DNA of 55,214 nucleotides from Girardia tigrina (taxonomy: Eukaryota): NCBI GenBank assembly GCA_001938485.1, contig MQRK01227422.1:1-55214 (forward strand), written 5' to 3'. The notes beneath the pieces are model-generated. The model did not search any database. It was not told the origin of the DNA and saw only the letters and a list, made by a program, of their open reading frames with translations. Below are positions 11,647 through 24,460 of the stretch, in pieces (the first letter of the stretch is position 1; each line of letters begins with the position of its first letter). The position numbers were made by a program, and so were the translations under genes.

Positions 11647-13261
11647 CCCTAAAGTTCCGAGTATAACCCGCACCCCGTGAATAACCCGCAGTTCGCTGTT
11701 TTTTTAAATGGCACTTTTTCCTTTGTATAACCCGCACCCCGTGTATAACCCGCACCCTTTAAATAACACCAATAATATTTGGGATGTAAAAATAAATAAC
11801 CCGTTTATTTCTTTATTNNNNNNNNNNNNNNNNNNNNNNNNNNNNNNNNNNNNNNNNNNNNNNNNNNNNNNNNNNNNNNNNNNNNNNNNNNNNNNNNNNN
11901 NNNNNNNNNNNNNNNNNNNNNNNNNNNNNNNNNNNNNNNNNNNNNNNNNNNNNNNNNNNNNNNNNNNNNNNNNNNNNNNNNNNNNNNNNNNNNNNNNNNN
12001 NNNNNNNNNNNNNNNNNNNNNNNNNNNNNNNNNNNNNNNNNNNNNNNNNNNNNNNNNNNNNNNNNNNNNNNNNNNNNNNNNNNNNNNNNNNNNNNNNNNN
12101 NNNNNNNNNNNNNNNNNNNNNNNNNNNNNNNNNNNNNNNNNNNNNNNNNNNNNNNNNNNNNNNNNNNNNNNNNNNNNNNNNNNNNNNNNNNNNNNNNNNN
12201 NNNNNNNNNNNNNNNNNNNNNNNNNNNNNNNNNNNNNNNNNNNNNNNNNNNNNNNNNNNNNNNNNNNNNNNNNNNNNNNNNNNNNNNNNNNNNNNNNNNN
12301 NNNNNNNNNNNNNNNNNNNNNNNNNNNNNNNNNNNNNNNNNNNNNNNNNNNNNNNNNNNNNNNNNNNNNNNNNNNNNNNNNNNNNNNNNNNNNNNNNNNN
12401 NNNNNNNNNNNNNNNNNNNNNNNNNNNNNNNNNNNNNNNNNNNNNNNNNNNNNNNNNNNNNNNNNNNNNNNNNNNNNNNNNNNNNNNNNNNNNNNNNNNN
12501 NNNNNNNNNNNNNNNNNNNNNNNNNNNNNNNNNNNNNNNNNNNNNNNNNNNNNNNNNNNNNNNNNNNNNNNNNNNNNNNNNNNNNNNNNNNNNNNNNNNN
12601 NNNNNNNNNNNNNNNNNNNNNNNNNNNNNNNNNNNNNNNNNNNNNNNNNNNNNNNNNNNNNNNNNNNNNNNNNNNNNNNNNNNNNNNNNNNNNNNNNNNN
12701 NNNNNNNNNNNNNNNNNNNNNNNNNNNNNNNNNNNNNNNNNNNNNCGGATTGACAAAATTGCTTCAACCGTTGGATATTTCTGTAAATAGAAGTTTCAAA
12801 TTAAAAATTAGAGAAGAGTGGGAGAAATGGATGGTAAATGGGTTTCATTCATTTACCAAATCCGGAAAGATCAAAAAAGCCTCGTGTTCAACAGTCTGTG
12901 AATGGATATTACTGGCATTCAATTCAATTACAAAGGATTGTATTATCAATGGATTTAAAAAGGCAGGTATTCTTAATGATGATGAAGAAAACACTTGCAA
13001 TATTGAAGATGATCTTGAGGCTTCTTCCCAGGAAGATGAACTTGTCCATTTTGATGTTCCCGAGGCATTTCTAAAAATATTGGATGAACATTTNNNNNNN
13101 NNNNNNNNNNNNNNNNNNNNNNNNNNNNNNNNNNNNNTTTTTTTTTAATTTTATTAACTTTTAAATACCTAAAGTTCCGTGTATAACCCGCAGTATATCT
13201 TTTTCAAAAAAATTCACTTTTTCCTTTGTATAACCCGCGGGTTATACACGGAACTTTAGGG
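11647..13261 (+). mobile_element. pogo/Tigger-family (Tc1/mariner superfamily) DNA transposon
   Basis: TIR CCCTAAAGTTCCG(A/T)GTATAACCCGC at both ends, TA at 11645-46 and 13262-63, and subterminal GTATAACCCGC repeats. ORF 12750-13093 (LQPLDISVNRSFK...EWEKWM...FKKAGI) is the C-terminus of a pogo DDE domain. The middle of the element is an N gap. Confidence 0.93.
12750..13093 (+). CDS. pogo-type DDE transposase, C-terminal fragment (bounded by gaps)
   Basis: QPLD motif followed by the typical pogo C-terminal helices and an acidic tail. Confidence 0.85.
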
Positions 13262-13539
13262 TAGTAATTATATATTTGGGTCTGAGTATATTAGAGTATA
13301 TATGAGTCATTATACATAACCAAAATGTATAATTTATGATCAATAATCATTGATTATATATGTTTGAATGATGAATTTATTGATAATAATTGTTAATTTT
13401 TTATGGGAGCAGTGAACAGTAATTTATTGTAAAAAACAGCTTTCAGTACCATTACGTTTTCCTTTCAAAACTTTTATTTTAAATTTTTTATTTGGATAAA
13501 TTTATACGATATTGCGTAAAATGACATAACAAATTATCA

Positions 13540-14640
13540 GAAAAGCATGCAGTTCAACAAAAGAAGATGTAATCTAAATAGGGGTTGTGGCTCTCATTCT
13601 TGAAATGCAGAAAATAAAAGTAACAAACAAAATTGAACAAGTATTCTGAAAATAGTAGAAGTTATAGAAAGAATAGAAAAAATCAGCAAAATAATGTTCG
13701 GAATTGCGTCTGCAGGAAGCAGAATGTATAGAAAAGTCAAAGAAACTGTTTGAGATCAATTTCTCAAATAATGATAAAAAAATAAATGAGAATAATTTAT
13801 TTCTCTCAAATTAACAAATGACGGGTGGTAAAATGGATAACATGAATAAAAAACTTACAAAAAGAAAGCAAAATGAAAGAAGATACAGAAAGATTTCAAC
13901 AACGAAAGAAAAAAGAAAAATATGTCTAGAAAGAGAGAACAAATTCTAATTTTATACAATCAATCTCATCTTTGGAAAGTGAAGTTTAACAATAATTATT
14001 GTAACAATAATTATTATAATTAAAATTATAATTTTATGAGTAACTTAATATTGAGCTGATTTGTCAACTCGATCTACTCTTCACATCAAGTGAGTCTGCA
14101 GATAAACGTAAAAGACTGACTTTCATAAATGAGAAACTAACATTTAGTCTTAGTTGTTAAGATTTGGAAATATGGAAAGTTAAGATTTTCCATATCAAAC
14201 TAAATTTCATTTTACAACCTCAGTTACTCGAAAATTTACAAGAATGCATAAAACATCGATCAGAAATTTTTGATGCTTGAAAGAAAGCTTCAATTTCAAG
14301 GGTGGAAGAAATTAATACAAAAAAATGTATTGCTAAAAGAATGTATCAACAAGCTCCTAGAATAACACAACTGTGATCAGAAAGTTTCAGCTTCAGCTTT
14401 CTTATTTGAGGAAATTAATCATAAAATTTGTGATCACATCTGTAAAGTCCTCGAATTCTTAAAATTTAAATTTAATTTAAATTTTGAATTAATTTATTTA
14501 AATTTTTTTCCGCGGATTTTGACACCTGATTTCGACATGTTCGGATCCAATTTTATTTAATAATTTTTACGATTCATAATTTGGTTGATTCTTAGCAACT
14601 AGGTGTCGAAATAATTGGACAAAAATGTCACATATAATTA
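13540..14640 (+). mobile_element. Highly decayed probable DNA-transposon remnant
   Basis: Broken Lys/Glu-rich frames (..IEKSKKLFEINFS..) followed by terminal-like motifs GACACC/GGTGTCGAAATAATTGGAC. Family not determined. Confidence 0.3.
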
Positions 14641-16093
14641 AATAACCAAAAAAATTATTAAGAAAATGAAAATATGTTTGTTTTAATAATAATATAATTT
14701 TTTCCGAGTTTTAAAATTTTTATTTCTCTATTTTTTAATGAGATTCGAATAAATTTTAATTAAATATATAAATTTAAATATTAAATATAAATATAAATAT
14801 ATAAATTTATTAAATATAAATTTTAATTACAATATAAATTTTAAAATAAAAACTTATAAAATAATTTTTAAATAAAAGAGAAAGGTGAAATGATTAAAAG
14901 AAAAAGTTAAAAATCCGTTCTATGTTTTTTCTATTATTGTGTTATTAATGACTTCGTCTATTAATTTTTGATAATAATTGTATTATTATCAATAAGTTTA
15001 TTAAATTATATTTTTTAAAATTATTTATTATTTTCAATCACTTAGTTGCAAATTTTTCCCTTCATCCGTACATCTTACGTGATACATTTCTTTAATTACT
15101 CCACTTTTAAATCATTATTAACATCCTTTGATTTCCGAGGAAAAACTTCCATCCTAATTGATTTTCTATAAATCAATACTAATCAACTTTATTATTATTA
15201 ATTTAAATTAATTGAAAAAAATTATACATCACAATATGAAAAAGAAGTTTTTCTTTCGAAAAAAATCCATATATTTATTTTATATTAATTAATAGATTTT
15301 CACAAAAAGAACAAAAAAAACCATAAATAAATTTAATTTGTAATTTAAAAAAAATGAAATAAAATCATTTCCACCAACAAATTAAACTAACTTGCAAAAC
15401 AAGAATAAAACTGATATAGTTTTATCATATTTAAAAAAGAAAATCTTAGTGGAAAAAAATTTTGGGAAATGATTTGAATAATTTTAATTAAATTTATAAA
15501 AAATTATCGGAAGAAAGTAATTGACCCATGATAAATTTTAATTTAATTTAAATAAACCTTCAAATGAAATTAAATTTAATATAATGTTAGTAAGCAGAAT
15601 TGATAAATGAATTTCTTCCTGTAAAAACAAATTTATTTTTGTAAAAAAATATAAATAATAATAATAAGTATATAAATTGTTTGATAAAAATCAAAGTCAA
15701 ATAGCTGTTAGAGACCTTTCAGATGGTAGTGGTAATTCAAAAAGAAAGATAACAAATAAAAGTTATTTCTGACTTCCTACGTTAACAACGTTTTACAAGA
15801 AAAAAATTTGATTTATCCCTATGGTGATTGGAGTGGAATGTAAACGGAGTGTCTGAACATTCGCCGAGATAACATAAATAAATTAAACAACTTTAAATAA
15901 TTAATTAACTTCCAAAAAAATTATAATTAAATAAAGTAATTAAATTCAATTTAAATAATTAAACAATAAATGTAAAAAATATTTTAAACTTATTAAGGTA
16001 ACAAATACTTTTTAATTTCTTCTGTGACATTGGAAATCGTATTTAATATTCTTAAATTTTAAATATGAATTCTTGTTTTTATAAAAATATATA

Positions 16094-16203
16094 AACGACA
16101 TCACAAAAATCTTGACGCCCTCTCTCCCCTGTCACAAAATGTCGTAAGTTCTCAGAGACCCCATCCTCCCAAATCTTAGACATCATAAATGAACAACCCC
16201 TAA
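16094..16203. mobile_element. One end of a PIF/Harbinger-like MITE
   Basis: Ends GACATCATAAATGAACAACCCC followed by TAA, preceded by C-rich CCCTCTCTCCCCTGTCACA. This resembles Harbinger MITE termini; the other end was not found. Confidence 0.45.
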
Positions 16204-19200
16204 ATGAATAAATAATTTAAATCATTGATGAATTGATTTCAAATTCAAATTGAATTCTGATTAACTGATGATTTCGTTGTCTTTTAATTTTACTTTAATG
16301 ATTTGAAAGTGTGTGTATTCTTTGAAAAGTGTGAGGTTTTGTGTTTGATCCAATGAAATCTATGTATAGGAACGAGGTTGTGTGTCTGCTGTGTATTTTT
16401 GGGGGTTGGTGTGTAATTGTTTGTGTCTAAAAAATGACACAATTTTGAAAAAGAAAAAATTCGAGGCTTTGTCACTTTAAAAATAAAAAAAATTATAAAA
16501 ATTAAACTTTAAAACAATAGTTCTTTTGGTTTACTAATAAATCTATTCAAATTATTATGAAAGACTAATTATTGCTGTCATTCTAAAAACATTATTACGG
16601 AAACCATAAACGAGATTGAAAAACTAATTCTACGGAAAAAATTTGAAAACATCACTAAATCGAATGATCTTGATTCGATAATTGAACGAATTTTTGATCG
16701 ATTTTATAATGAAATTAAATTATTTGCAAATAAATCCGAATTATTAATCGATGATAATCAAAATAGTTCCTCTGGTTTTTCTCGAAAGGAATTGTTGAAT
16801 AACGTTACAGCTTCAATTTGATCGGATCGAATTTTAACTCGCGTTTACGAAATTCATTCGATCAATAGTTTAATGATTGATCTCCGCAACACTGATTATT
16901 AATTTTTTTTATATTTGATATAACTTAATGAATGTTCGTAACAAATACATTTTAAGATTCTTTTTAATTATAGTTCTCTTGATTATACCTTTGTCAAGAA
17001 GAATTTTCAAAAAATGATAACTGATTTTTATAATGGGGCTTGAGGTGCCGACTGGGGACTGAGTGGCGGCGGTAAGCACCTCTTAATTGTGCGGGAAGAT
17101 GCCGAATCGGGAAATCGAACTGTCGATTGAGTGGGTGTCATGAACCGGTCGAGCCCGATTGCCACAAGTCGGCGAGTCGATATTGGTGTGTGGGTGTATT
17201 ATTTTGTTGTGTTTGATGTATGCGTGCAGTTGTTTTATTGTGTTAAAAACGTGGTGTTAAAAGAAATATTTATTGACAATAGACAAATCATAAATAATAA
17301 TAGTGATCTAAATTTTCAATCGATCGTTGATTCGATTCCCAAACATTATAAGCATATCACATGTCGATTTGTTGAAACCTTTCAAGACATCTCAGTTTAA
17401 CGGATTCTAATTTGAAACATATCTGACCGATTGCACCAGAATCTCGTTTAGCATCCATTATGTGGTTGTTTATGTGTCATTAGAATTTCAACATCAACCA
17501 CGTTGAGAATAAATATTCTGTAATTCATCCACGACCTAAAGACACCCCATCAGCGCTGCAATGGCGCGGCTGCACATATGTAAAGGTTCGGTGGTTATGG
17601 TTTTTTCTTAATTTTGAGATTTTTTTCATCTTACATTGTTTCCCATACAAGTAATAATACTACAACACTCAGTATTGCAGTGTTCCCTGGGTTTTCTTAT
17701 AGAAAACAATTAATTAAACACCAAAAAACAAAACATTATTTTTTATACTTAGATATAAAATAATTATCTTACAAGTATTTTTCACAAAACAACATTGCGT
17801 TTTATATTAATATTTATTACCAAATTATCGTTTTGGAGAGAACATTCATTCATGAATTATTTAAATTTTATTGGTTCTTTAATATTTTTTATTATTTTTT
17901 ATTATTTTTTAAATTATCTTTTATATTGTTATAATTTAGAATTTTAATGATAATATGAAACTGGAGATATAGTTTAATTTAGTTTTTCAAACGTAAGTAA
18001 TTATTTACAATATTCTAAACATAAAAAATATTTTCTTAATGAAAGTCTGCGGAGATGATAGAATGATATAAATGATTGTCTCAACCTCGTACACCCTACG
18101 TTAATGTCAATCATGAACGAAACTAAAGAAATAGAACTAAAAAATATATATTCTATGTTTAAAAAAACATAAATATTTTAATTATTTAATATTTTGATTT
18201 TACTTCTAATTTTTTTATCATTCATTTTATAATTTCATTCGTTTAATATATAAAAGACATTATTTAACTAATTTACAATTAATTGATAATTATTAATTAT
18301 TCGATTCTTTTTAGTCAATTTCAGGAGGAGAAATTAAAATATCACAACCTATATTCATTAATCATGAATAAAATTCTAATGTACGAGTACCATCTTTTTA
18401 TCAATAAAAGACCGAATTCTAATAAAAGTGTGGTTTTACTTTGCGTCATTTTTTCCAGACATTGTGAAAAAAAGGCTAACTCTAAAAAGAGACTTTTCTT
18501 TTCTTAATTTTTTATTTATGATAGATAAGTTCATCATATATGTTGGTTATTGTAGTAGTCAGCTACTACTATCATATATATATATATATATATATATGTA
18601 AATAATTATTATTGATTCAATCAAGAATAATGAATTAAATAATTATAAGGTTGCATTTATTCGTTCTTTCTTCGGAAAATCAGTCATAACATAGAAATAA
18701 CGTCAAATTTATCGCTTTTGATGTTTTGAATTAAAATTTCAAGACATTGGCAATATTCATTGTGACCCACACTACAATGTTAATGAAATTCTCAGTCATA
18801 TATCGTTATCTCATTGGACAACAACCATCAAATTAAGTTGAGAGTTTTGATAATGCTGTTTAAAGTGCAGCGATTTCGAACTTGGCATAACTTATGGATG
18901 CACACTATCGCAGAAATCCAAATTACATTTCTAACCCTTTTAACTCTAACGATTCGAATGTACAATTATTTGCAAGTTAACTTCGACTATAGTTCTTCAT
19001 TGTAAAACTTTGAGAAAGAAGTCAAAGAATTAATTGATAATTTCCAACAACAGAGCATGGTGTGACATCATATGTCGAAATAATACAATTATATTATTCC
19101 TATTCAATGCCTAAGTATTCTGGACAATTTGGAATCCGCTGATTTTAGTTGCTTTGGAAAAATCTACAAGCTGAGTTCCCCATTGCTTTTCTGTGACGCA

Positions 19201-19439
19201 TCCAATCAGATTACTATTCATTTGCCGGGTTTTCTGGTTTAGTGGGAACTGGAAATTCTTCTCACATGGCACTCTCTCTGACGAATTTCCATCAAACTAC
19301 CAGCACCTAAACCACTTGAATTGCGAATTCACCCGACAAATGTTTTGTAACAGATTAAACCCGGAAATCAGCATTTGTACAAGTTCCAGAAGATAATTTC
19401 GGTTCAATCATTTAGACTTGGTCAGAAAGATACTTATTG

Positions 19440-20665
19440 TCGCTGAATGATTTGACATTTACTTATATTCATTAGCAATCTGATGTCTATTGAGTACCTA
19501 ATAAATATTATTCATCTCTTTATCAAATTATTCTATATAACGTTAAGAGAACAGAAAAATATATCTCAATTCTCTTTTCATTACAGTTATAAAGTCTATA
19601 AAGTTATGAAAAATCAACCTCAGGTTGTTTATCTGCTTCATAGTGTTGCATTGCTTTCTGTAGCTTATCTGCATCGCCTTGAGAACCTGCTCCACTTTCG
19701 GTGAGATTCTTCTTTGTATTACTTTCAGCATAACCTTGATGAGTGCCTTGTCATACTTATTGTTCTAAATTCGCTGCACATTTTGCTATATCCATTTTTT
19801 GAAATTGGAATGAGGAAAGATTCAGTCCATTGATAAAGAAAAACTTTTGTGTTTTAAATTTTTTTGTATATTGAGTGGGAAATTGTCACTGTATATTCGC
19901 CTCCATTCCGGATTAGTTCTGCACTAATATTGTCTATTTCTGGGGCTTTGTTCATATTCAAACCGTTTATGATAGCCTTTATCTTTGATCTTATAATTTT
20001 GCATTCCTGATCTTCATCATCTTTCTTTGTTTCACTATCTTCGACATCCGCTATGAAGCCATATTGTTTACTGAAATATTCCTTCAAACTTTGAGCGATT
20101 TCTGTACTCCATGTATTATGTTTCCATAATAATCATCAATTATCTTTCTTTGTACTCCTTATTGGTTTGTCATTTTCTTAAGTATCTTAAGTGCTTCTCT
20201 AGAATTGTTCATTTCAAAACTGCTATCTATCAATATTGCATACTTTTCCATCCAATCCTTTTTGGTTTTCCTCGTTAAACTCCGATTATCCTTTTTGGTC
20301 TTCGTGTATTCTTGTATCTTCTCCTTGTCGTAATTTCTCTTGCTTTTCAATTGACATCATCTGTCACAGTAGTTCAGAACTTCTCACTTAATCCATAGTT
20401 TCTTCGTTTTTTCCCTAAACCTTCTCGGTTGTATTTGTGATAATGTTTGTGAAATCTTCCAAGAGTTTTTTTGTGGTTGCTGATTCTTGAATAGCGAAAG
20501 GTGGCAAATTTCAATCATATGTCACTCTGAATTTTTTTTCTAATTTTATTATTCTTCAGTTTCTTTAGGTCGAAGAATGTTCTTCCATGTTTTGTTCTGG
20601 TCATTGTGGAAAGCTTTAGTTTGAAAGTTTTCATGCCAAGATACAGATTGATTCCAGTCTCTGGT
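19440..20665 (-). mobile_element. RTE-clade LINE fragment (linker and N-terminal RT)
   Basis: ORFs 20159-20350, 19854-20087 (NKAPEIDNISAELIRNGG) and 19543-19731 (KVIQRRISPKVEQVL). Collinear with and homologous to the copy at 33.1-35.8 kb. Confidence 0.9.
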
Positions 20666-21005
20666 TTTCATGAGCATTATTGATATTATTTAATATTATT
20701 GGTATTTTGAGTATTATTTTGGTTTTGTTCACGCTATATTTTAATTTCTTATGCTGCTATGTGCATGCTATATTGTCCTTATTGATATCTGGTTTCTATG
20801 TAAGTTATTTGTTGTTGTCTGGTACATCGTTTTGGTGTTGGGTCCATAATATTTTTTTGTCAATTAAATCATCAGTGTCGATCTCGGGAGTATCAATTAT
20901 TATTATGTCCTCATTTAACATACAGCAATTCTCGTGCCCGTAAAACACTTCAATACAAGATCCTCGTTCGAAATGACAATCTTCTTCAAAATTAATATTC
21001 TTTTT

Positions 21006-21215
21006 TTATGAAGAAATATCAAATTTTTGATTGTAATGTGAGAAAAATGATTGACAAGAAGTTTTCTTTATTTCAACAAAACAGTTGATAGTTTGACCGT
21101 ATCCAGTTGGGAGATCATTTTCTTTAATAATAGCATTTATTAGAGTGGATTTTCCCACATAAGCATTGCAGAAAATTTTAAATTGTTTTTCTTTTCTTAC
21201 TAATTTCGGTTGTTT
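21006..21215 (-). pseudogene. Mitofusin/dynamin-like GTPase P-loop fragment
   Basis: Manual translation KQFKIFCNAYVGKSTLINAIIKENDLPTGYGQTINCFVEIKKT compared with the mitofusin motif GRTSNGKSTVINAML..KVLPSGIGHTTNCF. The first G of G1 is replaced and a stop follows ~20 codons later. Confidence 0.7.
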
Positions 21216-21644
21216 CGTTCGGAATTATTTTTCCTTTTCGTATCTCAAATTATCATTAATTTCAACTGACAATTTCCATTCGATTATAAATTCTTTATAC
21301 GATTCAACCAATGGAACTATCGATATCGATCAGAATATTATTTAATTGATCAAATGAATAAATAGTGTCTCTAACAGCGCTGATTCGTGTAAATTTGAAT
21401 TACCAAATTTATTTGAGTGAGAAGACAAATATCATATTAACATTTATTGTTCAGTAAAAATTTCAAAATGATTTTCATAACCCAAACAAATCACAAGTGT
21501 ATTTAAACAATGCAATAAATCAAAAAAGTCAAACAAATACCGACCAAATTTCATCATTTTACAAAATATTTTTCTTAATTTTGGTATATAAAAATATATA
21601 TTTTTTACATTAAAAATTTTCAAAATAATAAAAAAAATTTTTTA

Positions 21645-22012
21645 TTTGTATCCGGAACATTATACTGCAAAATCATCTTCTGTCTTTCTGCAAATTCAAA
21701 GTTTCAAATCCCTCTCTGTTGTGATGTGTTATCCAAATTTTTCGACTGAGAAACGGTTAATGACTTCAATTTGCGCACTAAAGTCACCAAAGATAATGAT
21801 CAAATCTTATTTGAATTTTCATAAAATCCTATGATGACTTATTCATCGTAGTCGTTTTTTAGTGGTAGTAGTGTTAAAAGGTTTACTAGCAATTCTGATT
21901 GAAATAATTTTTTCTGAGACTGGCGTGCCCCAGGCACAGTTGTTGCAGTAAGCTTGTCCACTAAGAATCCCATACCGTGTTGTGTCTTGTTTTCATGATC
22001 ACAGTACCTGAT
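21645..22012 (-). mobile_element. APE-endonuclease fragment of an RTE-like LINE
   Basis: Minus-strand MIIFGDFSAQI (GDFNA-like) and HGMGFLVDK...IRIASKPFN motifs. Same orientation as, and upstream of, the 19.4-20.7 kb RT piece. Confidence 0.7.
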
Positions 22013-22674
22013 AGACAAGATTAAAATTGACTAGCTTCTGCAAATAAAAAATTTATTTTGTTTTAAGATTTGAATAAAATTTTTTCAACTTAATTTTTAG
22101 TAACAGTCATACTAAAAATGTTTTTTTTGAAAAAAGGAAATAACATTTTGTTATTTTATGAAATTAATAAATTTCATACATAAAATATTTATTAGTTAAA
22201 ATAATTAAAATTTGTTATTTGTTCTAAGTTAAAATAATAAAAGTTTTATTGTTTAAATTAGTATTTTGAAAGATAAATTTGAACTAATCTCGCACCGAGA
22301 ACTATCTAATTCATATAAATGTCTTTAAAATTTAAAAGGAAAATCAATTTCCATTGTTGTTGAACATAAAGAATTTCTTTTAATGAGTTTCAAAAGAAAT
22401 ATTTATGTCAAAAAAATCTTTTGAAATATAATATAACAAATATTTTAAAGAAACATGTTTTTTGTTTTATGTAAAGATATAAAATTTATTATTTGTATCA
22501 TTAAAAATTATTATTGAATTTCTATCAAAGTAAATTTTCTGTTTATATTTATAAGTTTATTTATTTTTTATTATTAACTTTCACTGCATTTTCTTAAAAA
22601 AACCTTTTTAAATTAAAAAATCCAAATAACGAAAAATAATCTTGTTAGGGAATCAAATTTTTTTTAAAAATTGT

Positions 22675-22890
22675 TAAGTTCTTGTCTATAAGCCGGACTC
22701 GTGTATAAACCGGTTTCTCAAAATTATATATATTCTAAAAAAATTTTTTTTATCTTAGATAAACCGGACTCATGGATAAGCCGTAAAGTTTTTCGATTTC
22801 GAAACAATTTGATGTTCACTTTGTGATCAAACAATTATCAGCTACTTTTGTAAGATTAACGCCGCGGTTTATAGACAAGAACTTAGGGTA
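22675..22890. mobile_element. pogo-type MITE
   Basis: TAAGTTCTTGTCTATAAGCCG ... CGGTTTATAGACAAGAACTTAGGG-TA inverted termini with internal ATAA(A/G)CCGG repeats. The terminus resembles the element at 11647. Confidence 0.75.
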
Positions 22891-23612
22891 CTTTTACTTC
22901 AAAAATAGTTTGCCTTTATCGATTTTGTGTTGTTGATTTTAAATCTGCATTTGGAATTGCCTATCACGTCCCATTGAAGAGGAATTTTCGTTTTCCAGAT
23001 TGTGAAGGACATGTCCATTCTTTAAATTTTTGAAATAATTAATTTTTATAAATAATCTCTAAAATAAGGAAATATTTCAAATCAAAAGTTTTCTAAACAG
23101 TTATAACTAAAAAATATCTTTAATTAATTTTTCAAAGTTATTTTCATAAAAAAATAAATTTTAATTGTTTTGCATTTATTTTAAAAGTTATTCTGAAGAA
23201 TAACTTTATGAAATTTTTGTTGTCAGAGATGTAATAAAAAAGATAATTTTAAATTTAAAAGTCAGTCTGCCAATTAAAATTCGATAAATAATGAATAAAG
23301 AAATATATATATAGAAACTGCCATTAAAAATTTTATAATTAATGAATCGTAAGCAAATAATAATAAATTTAAATATTGCTTAAATTAAATATTTTTGTAT
23401 TTTAAATTCGTAAATTGTATTTCAAAAATGTTGACATGTAAAACAAATGAAACAAATAAATAGTTAAAATAATTCTAGATAATGAAATAGTTTTTTAAAA
23501 GAAATTGAAATATTGATAATAAATAAAACGTTAAACTCTTTTTTTTTGTTAATTTGGTTAAAATAAATTTTGCTGATTTAATACTGATTTTAAATTAAAT
23601 TTTATCAAATAA

Positions 23613-24015
23613 TAACGGATAACATGAAATAGTAGGTGGACATGAAATAGTAGGTGTAATGAAGTTTTCAAAAAATTTTCCACCTACTATTAAAATAGTA
23701 GGTGGAATCAAATAGTAGGTGTATCGTTTTTAAAGCAATTTATTTAACATGATGTGTATGGTGAACGTTTTGTAAAAAAGTATTTGTCGGAATCCCAAAA
23801 AGAAACTGATCACAGTGATAGTGAAGAAATATTAAATATCTATGATGAATAAATTCTTATTTTTCCAGTTTAATTCTTATTTATTTTTCAAGTTTAAGAC
23901 AAGTTCAAAACAAAAGCACCAAATAGTAGGTGTAAACCAATATTGGGCGCCTTTTCAATTTTTTTCCACCTACTATTAAAATAGTAGGTGTCCTACTATT
24001 TCATGTTATCCGTTA
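23613..24015. mobile_element. MITE, copy 1 (TA-flanked; TIR ACGGATAACATGAAATAGTAGG)
   Basis: Perfect terminal inverted repeat, multiple AAATAGTAGGTG subterminal units, and a near-identical copy at 46602-47014. Confidence 0.92.
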
Positions 24016-24289
24016 GAAGTTGCGATATGTTCAACCAGCGATACATAGTTCCGGAGTCTTATGTTACCGAGGCAGTTCTGGACTACATCTTTGAACGCGT
24101 GCCACCCCATTAGCTACGCTCCTTGTAACAGTCTATGAAACTCTTTGTCGCTGAGAACTTTCCTAATATTTGGTAAACTGAAATTCCTTCATTAATTTGC
24201 CATCACTGATACGTAGACACAGTCTTCTTGGTTTTTGATTATAATTAAAATATTTTTATTAAAATTTTTATTAAATGATTTTTGGGTTT

Positions 24290-24460
24290 TAATCGGAAAC
24301 TTTGATTATAATTATGAAAAAAGTAACTACTGAAACACTTATAATTAAGTTTTTTTAATTTTATAAGCCGTATAAATTGAATTAAATACAGAACTGATGA
24401 TGCCAATAAAAGCAAAACATATTTTCCTTAAATAAACATTTTTAATGGTGTTTTTGTGTT
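24290..24460 (+). mobile_element. Penelope-like pLTR relic with a decayed hammerhead
   Basis: AATTAAATACAGAA-CTGATGA-TGCCAATAAAAGC-AAAAC-ATATT (24394 onward), with a downstream tail similar to the 38.3-kb pLTR. Confidence 0.6.

Noticed and set aside
11704-12790. Three long ORFs of 320-360 aa
   Set aside because: Artefacts of translating an N gap.
23613-24015. Repeated AAATAGTAGGTG units resembling a CRISPR array
   Set aside because: Irregular spacing and both orientations, inside a TIR-bounded MITE in eukaryotic DNA; no cas genes.
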